64,000 bases of DNA, taken from contig CP147779.1 in assembly GCA_037308085.1 (NCBI GenBank), positions 576,001 through 640,000 on the forward strand, written 5' to 3'. The stretch's first letter is position 1. The number at the start of each line of letters is the position of its first letter. Made by a program: the position numbers and the translations under genes. This document shows positions 20,580 to 29,054 of the stretch, one piece after another. The notes beneath the pieces were generated by a model. That model saw nothing but the letters and a program-made list of their open reading frames with translations, had not been told where the DNA came from and did no database searches. Source of the stretch: Promethearchaeati archaeon SRVP18_Atabeyarchaeia-1. GTDB taxonomy: Archaea > Asgardarchaeota > Atabeyarchaeia > Atabeyarchaeales > Atabeyarchaeaceae.

Positions 20580-22190
20580 TCAGAATTTCGATATCACGTT
20601 ATATCCGATTATGACGAATGTGAAGCTTACTGGGTGTATCCATGGTGGTAGCGCTAGGAATCTGAGGTCTATGCTCTGGCTGGCGCCATTGTTCCACTTT
20701 GCCCCAAACTCAGTTGCCCTCAAATTGTCGTCCAAGAGCAGCTGCGGCAACACGTTACCGACTTGTGTTTCAACCGCTGAAACCAAGGGTAGTTGAATAG
20801 TCTTGCCGTTACTCAGGGTAGCGTAGAGCTTGACTTGGTTGATGTGGCTGATCGTCTCCCAATGCTCCGTTAGTCGGAACACGTATGTGTGGTCAACAAC
20901 TGCTGGCGTGTCTGTTAGGATGTGGCTTCTTACCAAGTCCGTTCCATTGTACCCAGAGTGTATGTCCAGCAGACCTTCGTTGACGTACTGAGAACCGCTG
21001 TAGACGTAGAGGTACGGGCAGCCGCCACCCCCGCTCTTTGACCATTGTACGTACACTGTGACCGCCGAAGTGTAAACACAGTCTCCCAACTCGTCATAGA
21101 CTCTAGCTTGAATTGTGTGGGCTACCGGACTAGTAGAAAGGGACACTTCCTTGTACCATAGATGATTGTCTCCGGCTTCGAGATCTAGCCAGGTGCCACC
21201 GTCGCAACTTACTTGGACACCACTAATGAATGGATAATTGCCCTGGTATGCATACACATAAACGCCAACAGCAGCAGTGGATCCGCTGGTGTAGAAAGTC
21301 AGACCAGATGTCGGGTATTTAAGTTGAATCTGAGGCAAATCAGTTATTTTGTTGTAGTTGTATCTGATTACGTCATTTGCATCTATTGTTACATCCGCGT
21401 AGACAGGAGCAGTTCCCACCTGCTTCCCAGTTCTCGGATCAGTGATAGGTTGCGTATCGACTACGTAACTGACCCTGATCGCGTAGTGGACATACACGAG
21501 ATAGGAGCCGTCACCTCCTGTGCAACCGAATTGGAACTTGAACATCAATGAACGCTGTGTCGAGTCTGCCCCAAGAATTGCACGATTGCGATCGTAGTCT
21601 CCATACACATCGTTACCGGTGCCATGTCCAGTCGTGCAGAATGTTCCGTCGAGCTGTACATTCGGTAGCAAGGCGCTAAGACCCGTGCCAACGTGGGCAA
21701 GCAGAAATTTGGCGAGAGCGTTAAAGATGTATGTTAGTAATGGTGCAGCATCACTGCTTGCCGGAGGAGAGGTTTTGACCGAATCCGCGTAAAGGGAGAG
21801 CCAGTTCCCAGGTACCTGGTTGGACTTTGGATCAACCACATAGGCATCAATGCACAGCCTTGTTACCTCGCCCACCCCCGCATCGCATATCAGTCCGCAG
21901 ACGATGTTCTGGTACTGTTGATTGCTAGTTGCGAACTGGCTGACAAGATACTCAATTGACATACCATAGGTGATATTGAATGGCTGTGCGTGGTAGTAAA
22001 CCCCAGACGGTGGGGTAACACGGATTGTCTTCAATTGTGCGCCCGAATGGTAGATCCCATTTGGATATTGCTCTTCTGTTGCGGTGCATTGCGGAAGAGC
22101 GTAAGCGAACATCGTAAGCAACAAGAGCGCTGATACGAGCAATACAGCTCTATACTTGCGAGTGCCAATTCTGCATGTCAGATTTCTCAC
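20580..22190 (-). CDS. Secreted protein with Ig-like domain and conserved C-terminal 'GGGG-CPxLxVxxG' domain (cargo of unit 3)
   Basis: Signal peptide, an Ig-like (Big_7-like) segment ending HTIQARVYDELG, then KSGGGGCPYLYVYSG. Confidence 0.85.
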   Translation of the reverse strand: MRNLTCRIGTRKYRAVLLVSALLLLTMFAYALPQCTATEEQYPNGIYHSGAQLKTIRVTPPSGVYYHAQPFNITYGMSIEYLVSQFATSNQQYQNIVCGLICDAGVGEVTRLCIDAYVVDPKSNQVPGNWLSLYADSVKTSPPASSDAAPLLTYIFNALAKFLLAHVGTGLSALLPNVQLDGTFCTTGHGTGNDVYGDYDRNRAILGADSTQRSLMFKFQFGCTGGDGSYLVYVHYAIRVSYVVDTQPITDPRTGKQVGTAPVYADVTIDANDVIRYNYNKITDLPQIQLKYPTSGLTFYTSGSTAAVGVYVYAYQGNYPFISGVQVSCDGGTWLDLEAGDNHLWYKEVSLSTSPVAHTIQARVYDELGDCVYTSAVTVYVQWSKSGGGGCPYLYVYSGSQYVNEGLLDIHSGYNGTDLVRSHILTDTPAVVDHTYVFRLTEHWETISHINQVKLYATLSNGKTIQLPLVSAVETQVGNVLPQLLLDDNLRATEFGAKWNNGASQSIDLRFLALPPWIHPVSFTFVIIGYNVISKF

Positions 22191-22396
22191 TATCCTTAGA
22201 CTCTTTCTTTCTCTATATTTCCCTGTCTTGTTCTCTTTCTGCCCCTCATATGGGGCCAGGCGGTGACCGCCTCCAAGACAAGTAGCCCTGGCTTCTTAGC
22301 CACCGTGACCCACGCCAGACCGACGTGCCCACGAATCATCATAGACCTCAATCTCCAGCCGCGAATCACGGCAGACTGCTTTTCCTCTTCCCTCAA

Positions 22397-22500
22397 TCAA
22401 CTGATTGAAATTATTCCGATGGATCTGCTATTTATAGCTGTCGCGTTCTACTGGGGGAAACGATTATCGCATTAGAAATAAACCGTCCTCCAGCGCATCG
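22397..22500 (-). promoter_or_regulatory. Duplicated promoter block (copy of 20040-20143)
   Basis: Near-identical to 20040-20143, including the TATA box. Confidence 0.75.
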
Positions 22501-22610
22501 GGACTAGGGTCTCGGGCAGAACACGCCGGCAGACCCGTTCGCGTTATCCTATTCTCCGGCACGCCGTCTGCAGAAGAGACTTGCAGGGTAGACAAATAGG
22601 GAAAGAAGGG

Positions 22611-22710
22611 TCACGCCGTTGCCTGCGGCGCCGTACACGCATACTTGTAGCGGCTGACCTTGCGGGCAGCCTCAATCGTCTTAGGATCACAACGCTTCAA
22701 CCCACCCTCA
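22611..22710 (-). repeat. atpB 3'-end copy B
   Basis: Reads [32 protein letters not shown]. Confidence 0.93.
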
Positions 22711-22800
22711 CTCTGGTTAAACCTGTATGACGAGAAACCGATCTGCCAAAAGAAGATCAAAAAAAGAAGAGAATTGAAGAATCTATAGGTAGCGATGCAA

Positions 22801-23808
22801 TCACCAAGTGAGACCGTACGGATTGGGGACCTCCCACGGACCGGAAGTGGTGGCTGTATTTCCAGCGGAGTCGGTAACCGTGTGCGTAAGGATATAAGTA
22901 CCCGGCGCACTGTAAGTGTGATCTACTACAAAGCCTGTTGCCGTGGAGCCATCACCAAAGTCCCAAGTGCTGCTAACGTAAGGCGTGGTGCCTCCACTTG
23001 AACTGTCAGCGAATTGTAAGTAGAGCCCATTCCAGTGAACTGCGTAGAAGTTAGCCTGTAGTTGAAGATCCCCGGCGCAAGCAGGATAGAAAGTAGGCTC
23101 TGTAAATGACGGAGTCTCTAATGGTATTAAGCCGGGTTGGACTCTCCAATGCGTAGTTATTGTGATGCCGGTTGCAAATGCCTGGTACTTATGTGTTCTA
23201 ATCAATGCCGTCAGAAGCACTTGGTTCGAATTTGATTGTGCAATGTCATTCATTGAGAATGTCCATTGAATATAGCCTCCGAAATTGTCGTCACGCTGTG
23301 TCGTAATCGTAAGAGACTGCTGAGTGTAAGAAGATGTGGCGGAAAAGGTAAGTACGTCCTGACTATTTAGAGATACACCAGTGCCATATGTAAACGACGT
23401 CGTGCCTGTGCTCGGGTCTAGATAGACAGCCATGGATGAATGAGCTAGCTCAAGCCTCGTTGTAGCTCCAGTTATGTATCCAGATTCGCCTCGACTCTTG
23501 CTTGGGTTCATTACTTCCAAGATATAAATCGCGTAATAGTCATATTGCGTACTGGTAGTCGGGATGTACTTGATCATCCATTCATAGTGCAATTGACCAA
23601 CATAGTAAGTCGTTGTATACCATGGAAATATCCAGAAATAGAATTGATGTGTAACATAGTAATCCCTAATGACGGGACCAGAGCTTTGGGCGGTTGGGTT
23701 CGTCCATAGACTAAAGACGTCGTCCGAAGCACGAGCTGGTGCTGCTTGCACTGCCAGAATACTCGTCATCATTACTGCGATCACGATGAATGCAAATGCT
23801 TTTCTCAC
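22801..23808 (-). CDS. Secreted protein with C-terminal PKD domain (cargo of unit 2)
   Basis: Signal peptide after a GTG at 23808 (GGAGG upstream). PKD signature WDFGDG...HTYSAPGTY..T.TVTD..G. Confidence 0.85.
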   Translation of the reverse strand: MRKAFAFIVIAVMMTSILAVQAAPARASDDVFSLWTNPTAQSSGPVIRDYYVTHQFYFWIFPWYTTTYYVGQLHYEWMIKYIPTTSTQYDYYAIYILEVMNPSKSRGESGYITGATTRLELAHSSMAVYLDPSTGTTSFTYGTGVSLNSQDVLTFSATSSYTQQSLTITTQRDDNFGGYIQWTFSMNDIAQSNSNQVLLTALIRTHKYQAFATGITITTHWRVQPGLIPLETPSFTEPTFYPACAGDLQLQANFYAVHWNGLYLQFADSSSGGTTPYVSSTWDFGDGSTATGFVVDHTYSAPGTYILTHTVTDSAGNTATTSGPWEVPNPYGLTW

Positions 23809-23971
23809 TCTCTCTCCCTCCTCTCTTGGTCCGCGCCTCCACGCGGCCATTCCTGACTACTCAGCCGCGTATATTTATGCATTTCGATAGAAAACTGTAC
23901 GGAGGTTGAGTATCCCCAGCCACGAATATGTCAGAAGCGTCAAAGTCAGGTTCGTGAAAATAGATCTACTT

Positions 23972-24079
23972 CTATTCCTCTATGTACTCGTACGCATTCA
24001 CCTTGCGGGCAGCCTCAATCGTCTTAGGATCACAGCGCTTCAACTCACCCTCAGGAAACACTGAAAGAAGATCCCAAGC
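23972..24079 (-). repeat. atpB 3'-end copy A
   Basis: Reads [35 protein letters not shown] against atp[33 protein letters not shown]. Confidence 0.93.
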
Positions 24080-24116
24080 CATTGCTGGAAATAGGCAATA
24101 ATCAGGTGACAATAAC

Positions 24117-25073
24117 CTACTGCCGGTTCTCCGATGCATAATCGTGTAGTAGGTTCTCTTGAGAGTCGGACTTAGTTGACTCTCGACTAGTATTCGGCGT
24201 ATTAAGAATAATAACTTCCTTGATCGCTCCTCTCCCGTCGCCCTTGCAGCTTATCATTCTCTTTGCGAGGATTTCCTCCACCTTATACCCGCTGTAAAGA
24301 TCTGTGATAAGGGGAGCAGCGCTGTTACTTAGCATTAGGAGGCATCCCCTTTTTGCCAGCTCGTCGAAGACCTTAAAGAGGTTTCTTTGGTCATCCTCCG
24401 AGAATGAGCCGCTAGTGTAGCTCGTGAAACTGGAAGTCTTGGAAAGAGGCTGGTATGGTGGATCGAAATAGACAAAGTCTCCTACGGTCGCGTACCTCAA
24501 AACTTCATCATACGGTCTGATATTGAGCTCGACTCCCTCAAGTAACCTGCTTGCTTTGAGTAGGTTACGCTCCTGCACGATCGATGGCTTCTCATAGCTA
24601 CCCATTGGCACGTTGAACTTACCTTGGGAGTTGACACGGTACAGGCCATTGAAACACGTCTTGTTGAGATAAATGAAGTCAGCTGCATTCACTAGGTCCG
24701 GAAAGTCTTCTTTGTTGATCGACGTTCTGAAGTTCTGCCTAGTCTCATAATAGTGGCCTCTTGGATCTTTGTGATGCTCTCGCGCGTGTCTCTTGAGTTC
24801 TGAAAGCAATTTATTGACAGCGTCCCGGACAGAAACGAATCCGTTGATCAAAACGGAGTTGACATCGGTTAGAACGAAATCCCTCTTCGACGCACCCTTC
24901 TTTTCAAGAATACTCTTCAGATAAAAGAAGACTGCCCCACTTCCAAGGAAAGGTTCGAAGTATCTCTCAAAGACCTTGGGAAAGTATTTTCTGTACTCTC
25001 CTAGAAGCTGGGTCTTGCCGCCTGCCCATTTCACAAAGGTGGGAACAGATATCCTCGCGGATTTCGGGTCCAT
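24117..25073 (-). CDS. dam: Dam-family (GATC) N6-adenine DNA methyltransferase, DpnM-like
   Basis: KWAGGK, YFEPFLGSGAV, FNGLYRVN..G.FNVP.G, DPPY and SNS motifs. Confidence 0.95.
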   Translation of the reverse strand: MDPKSARISVPTFVKWAGGKTQLLGEYRKYFPKVFERYFEPFLGSGAVFFYLKSILEKKGASKRDFVLTDVNSVLINGFVSVRDAVNKLLSELKRHAREHHKDPRGHYYETRQNFRTSINKEDFPDLVNAADFIYLNKTCFNGLYRVNSQGKFNVPMGSYEKPSIVQERNLLKASRLLEGVELNIRPYDEVLRYATVGDFVYFDPPYQPLSKTSSFTSYTSGSFSEDDQRNLFKVFDELAKRGCLLMLSNSAAPLITDLYSGYKVEEILAKRMISCKGDGRGAIKEVIILNTPNTSRESTKSDSQENLLHDYASENRQ

Positions 25074-25130
25074 AGGCGCTCTCCTATGAGTAAGTAGAAA
25101 TACATATTATATCTATTCCATGCTCGTTCA

Positions 25131-26027
25131 ATGAGTTTGGAGGGAGAATTGTTGGTAGACTATCGCTTGCTAGGCTTCGAAAGCGAGAATCAATACCTTG
25201 GCTATTTCTTCGAAACACTTCTCAAGACTAACTGGACCTACGAGTACTTCGTCTACTGGGAAAAAGTCAGAGAAAACACTAGGAAGAATGTGAAGGAGAT
25301 ATCTCTCCTAAATTCTCTGACGAAAATCCCGCCCAAGAACAGGAAGGAGGAACTTCAGAGGATCTTCATGGAGTACCCGAAGACGATACCAGTCATCCCC
25401 TCAATCATAGCAATAAGGGAGAAAATCATTCCCATCCTGGAAATCGAGAAAACACCTCTCTACAAGACATTTGACTTTTCTGTCAGAAGACTCGAAGAAC
25501 AAGAGATCCAAGATCTCACCGATTTCTGCGAGAAAGCGGGGATTCTCCAACTTCTTGGAGAGATCAACGATCTCTACGCATACATGCTCGGAGTAGAAGT
25601 CGGACTGGACTCAAATGCAAGAAAGAATAGAAGCGGAGACATATTCCAGCAACTAGTAGGCATGCTCCTGAAGAGAAAACTAAAGCAGGCGGATCTGAAA
25701 ATAGTGACTGAAGATTCAAGCGTAGTAACCACCAGGAGCAAGAGAGCAGACTTTGTTCTCTACCATAGAGGCAGTGCAAAGATAGTGATTGAGTGCAATT
25801 TCTACAACACCACCGGCAGCAAACCAATAGAGACAGCAAATGCCTACGTAGACTTCCAGCGAAGGATACGTGAGAAAGGAGGAACCTCCTTCATCTGGAT
25901 AACCGACGGGCCTGCATGGGAAACAATGAAACAAACCGTCATGCAAAGCTTCAGAGAAATCGATTTTCCAATGAACTACACGATCGCAGGCGACAGACTA
26001 GACAGCCTAGTATCAGCTCTCCTATAG
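25131..26027 (+). CDS. DpnII-family type II restriction endonuclease (GATC)
   Basis: GVEVGLDSNARKNRSG, IECNFY...GSK and FIWITDG..W are characteristic of DpnII/MboI enzymes. Divergent from dam. Confidence 0.92.
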   Translation: MSLEGELLVDYRLLGFESENQYLGYFFETLLKTNWTYEYFVYWEKVRENTRKNVKEISLLNSLTKIPPKNRKEELQRIFMEYPKTIPVIPSIIAIREKIIPILEIEKTPLYKTFDFSVRRLEEQEIQDLTDFCEKAGILQLLGEINDLYAYMLGVEVGLDSNARKNRSGDIFQQLVGMLLKRKLKQADLKIVTEDSSVVTTRSKRADFVLYHRGSAKIVIECNFYNTTGSKPIETANAYVDFQRRIREKGGTSFIWITDGPAWETMKQTVMQSFREIDFPMNYTIAGDRLDSLVSALL

Positions 26028-26185
26028 GACCCGCAGACGCGTACTCGCGACTCGGCACAACAAAGAAAACCAGTAAACCTAGAAAACCGGGCTCTTGTAC
26101 TGCTTGGCTCCCTGCACCGCATCTCCCATTTTAGGGCCACGGTGATTGAACTCACCCCCACCCAAGGAGATCCCTTCTCACTCCA

Positions 26186-27727
26186 ATGCGCCAACGAGGG
26201 ATAGCGCTGCCAGAAATGTACCAGAGAGACGGAAGTAACAATGGCTTAGTGGAGACTATAAGGCGACAACCGGAACCACCAACCAGCAGGAAAACAAGGC
26301 GAGGCCAGACTATGACCGGCGGACAATCGGCTGAAAGTAGCAATGGGTCTTCTCCGCTTGAACTCAACAAGAAACCCCGAGGCTTCGCCGGCGAAAACCT
26401 AGAACAGCTTATTGATCAGGGAGTACTGCCCAAGAAGGATGAAGCAAAGCTAGGCAACAACACGGTCTTGAGACTTGACGTGAATATGGGGCTCACCATA
26501 ACCCACGAGAACATAGACTACAGGATCTCAAGCGCGAACCACAGCAAGATAGGAGACCTAGACTTCTACAGATACGCCACCCAACGCGGGGAGGAATTCC
26601 TCCACATCCCAGCCCAAGGCAAGCTTGTCCCACCCACTGAAATGACCTGGTACGCGTACCCCCCTAACACGGAAGTATATCTGGACAAGAAGTACAAGCA
26701 CAAACTGCTTGAGACTGCAGTAAAGAAGGCAGGAGGGATAGTTGCCCTTCGGCATGAACTAAAGCGAAACGGAACAAGAATGAACGCCATGTACGTCTAC
26801 AAGCAGCTGAACGATCTGAGAAAAGGTATGACTGAAGATAAGTTGATTCCAATTCTCAACTACCTAGGAAGAAACCTAGATGAGGCAAGCAACCACATCT
26901 ACGCGATAGGACACATCCAAGCAGTGAAGGACCCTCAACTACCGTTCAACTTGAGTGGAAAGGATGGTGCAAGGCTACTATCTGCCAGGTACGGAGACGG
27001 AACACTCTGTGCATCAGTAGGGAGAGGACCAAGGTTTGACTACTCTAACAATGATACAGAGATGAGAGACAGAGTAATCGAATCATTAACCAATGTGTTC
27101 GGCGAACCAAACGTACTCAACAGAGAGCACAGTGATGGCCGAGTCTCGCAGGTGCGTACATCGTCAGACATCATCGGACATGCACTGCAAAGGGCGGGAG
27201 CAATAACCGGTGAAATCGTTAACCAGAATCCTCACGTACCCACATGGATCGAACAGGGATCCATAGAAAACAAGCGCGAGTGGATAGTCCAAGCCTTTGG
27301 TGACGAAGGATTTGTGTGGGCAAACAGGGGAAAGGTCTGCATAGGAAGATCTGTCGAGTTGACAAGCGTCTTGCTAGAACACATGTCTCGACACCTTGAT
27401 CAGATGGACTGGGGGAGCAGGTATATTGACGATGTCTTTGTCGATGACGTAAGAGCATGTGATGATCTTCCAGCCGACATCACTCAGGCGATAAGAGAGC
27501 ATCCCATCAACCTGCTAGTCGAAGAGAAGAAGATGCTTGAAGATTTCGGCATAGTCACAGAAATGTATCCCTCAGAGATTCATAGAGGAAAGTATGGAGA
27601 CTATTCAGCTCATTGGACCCTGCAAGCCAAAACAAGAGAAGACACGAGACGTTTCTATGAGGAGATAGGGTTTCCCCAAGAAAGAAAGCAGGAGGACCTA
27701 AGATCGGCTATTCGGTTTGAGAGGTGA
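26186..27727 (+). CDS. Free-standing LAGLIDADG/DOD homing-endonuclease-like protein (true start may be downstream, e.g. ATG 26311)
   Basis: Two LAGLIDADG-like helices (GARLLSARYGDGTL and EWIVQAFGDEGFV) and the DOD-type tail FYEEIGF..ERKQ..L. No Hint blocks. Confidence 0.7.
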   Translation: MRQRGIALPEMYQRDGSNNGLVETIRRQPEPPTSRKTRRGQTMTGGQSAESSNGSSPLELNKKPRGFAGENLEQLIDQGVLPKKDEAKLGNNTVLRLDVNMGLTITHENIDYRISSANHSKIGDLDFYRYATQRGEEFLHIPAQGKLVPPTEMTWYAYPPNTEVYLDKKYKHKLLETAVKKAGGIVALRHELKRNGTRMNAMYVYKQLNDLRKGMTEDKLIPILNYLGRNLDEASNHIYAIGHIQAVKDPQLPFNLSGKDGARLLSARYGDGTLCASVGRGPRFDYSNNDTEMRDRVIESLTNVFGEPNVLNREHSDGRVSQVRTSSDIIGHALQRAGAITGEIVNQNPHVPTWIEQGSIENKREWIVQAFGDEGFVWANRGKVCIGRSVELTSVLLEHMSRHLDQMDWGSRYIDDVFVDDVRACDDLPADITQAIREHPINLLVEEKKMLEDFGIVTEMYPSEIHRGKYGDYSAHWTLQAKTREDTRRFYEEIGFPQERKQEDLRSAIRFER

Positions 27728-27984
27728 AAAGAAACACTATCAAAGAAAATCAAACAGTACTAGTTCAGCAGGCGTATGAATAGTGGAAGGCTGAATACAT
27801 CAAGGAGGAGTAACTGCTGGGATGGCCGAAGGGAAAAGGACTGTCACCAGAAGAAAGGCAACATCCCAAAATAATGACTCCTGGATGGGTGACTCAAGTA
27901 CTTGAATACGTATTCAACCTAATGAAGAAAGTTATGCTTAGGCAATAATCCCAAAAGTTTAATATCGTTTGCCAAATACTTAGC

Positions 27985-28704
27985 TTGAGGGGATACGGTT
28001 TGGTTCGCCAAGTCAGGAGACCCATAGAAAGGCTCACCGATATGCTTCTTCTGCTCTTTCTGATCAACGATGTTAATGATAAAGATCATAACTGCGGAAT
28101 CACGAAGCTACAGAAGCTTGTTTTTCTGTCCCAACTAGAAATGAACAACCATAGACAGAAGGGGTTCAGCTACAAGTTCGTGAAAATAAATCTCGGACCA
28201 GTCAGTGGTCAGATTGAGAAAACTGACATTCCCAAGCTAGAGAAGGTTGGATACTTAGCCCAGGAGCAAGTTGGCAACTTCAACAAGTTTGTTGCCAGTG
28301 AGAGCGGTTCCAGATTTCTTAGCCATCTTTCAGGCATTTTCCATCGGAACGAACGATTCGTGCAGATTATATCCAGAATCAACGAGAAGTACTCTGGCAT
28401 GTCAGCCACTGATCTTGTTAACGAGGTTCACAGTATGCCGAACCCCTACAGGCGGAATCTGACCATAGATGAAACCCCCCAAGGAGAGGTCTTACTCTCA
28501 AAGATATCAGACAAAGCCACCCAAACAAGATTCGACTTCACCGGTAACGAACTCGCAACCCTTGAACTCTACTTTGACGCGGAGGCCAGAGAATCAGTTG
28601 AACGTGCAATGAGTTCAGCACTAAGTGAGCCTAGCGTTCCTTGGGAGGTCGTCCTTAGACATGCAGAAGAAGCGCTACGAGGTAAGGGTCAGCAAAGACT
28701 TTGA
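27985..28704 (+). CDS. Panacea/SocA (DUF4065)-like antitoxin
   Basis: ITKLQKLVFL...Y.F....GP.S motif. Overlaps the downstream toxin gene. Confidence 0.72.
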   Translation: MRGYGLVRQVRRPIERLTDMLLLLFLINDVNDKDHNCGITKLQKLVFLSQLEMNNHRQKGFSYKFVKINLGPVSGQIEKTDIPKLEKVGYLAQEQVGNFNKFVASESGSRFLSHLSGIFHRNERFVQIISRINEKYSGMSATDLVNEVHSMPNPYRRNLTIDETPQGEVLLSKISDKATQTRFDFTGNELATLELYFDAEARESVERAMSSALSEPSVPWEVVLRHAEEALRGKGQQRL

Positions 28705-28996
28705 GCGCGAATTCATAAAACTCGTTAAGAGAGACCCTGAACTGAAGCGCAGACTTGAGTCTCGAATCGAGGAGCTTTCTATAGATCCTAGATTAGGAAC
28801 GACGCTCTACAAGTGGGATTATCAAGGCTGGAGGAAGGCTAGGGTTGGAGAGTACCGCATAATACTGGGAGTGTGCGAGGAATGCAGACAGATCCGAAAC
28901 CCGAATCTGCAACGATGCATCGACTGCGATCAAATGACTGACAACTTAGTGAAACTCATTGAAGTCGGTCACCGGAACGATGTCTATGATGACTAA
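28625..28996 (+). CDS. RelE/ParE-family toxin with CxxC..CxxC insertion (ATG at 28661 likely)
   Basis: YEVRVSKDFEREF...WRKARVGEYRII...IEVGHR.DVY RelE pattern. Confidence 0.85.
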   Translation: MSLAFLGRSSLDMQKKRYEVRVSKDFEREFIKLVKRDPELKRRLESRIEELSIDPRLGTTLYKWDYQGWRKARVGEYRIILGVCEECRQIRNPNLQRCIDCDQMTDNLVKLIEVGHRNDVYDD

Positions 28997-29054
28997 GAAA
29001 AATGCCTGCCCAATTCAAGTTTGAATCATGCCAAACGAGGTAGACGAAAGAAAG

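Noticed and set aside
22611-22910. 99-aa ORF ending in an AtpB-like tail (and 18118..18336) as real genes
   Set aside because: They are read-throughs of terminator DNA into the atpB-tail repeats, with no SD, and one overlaps the PKD gene.
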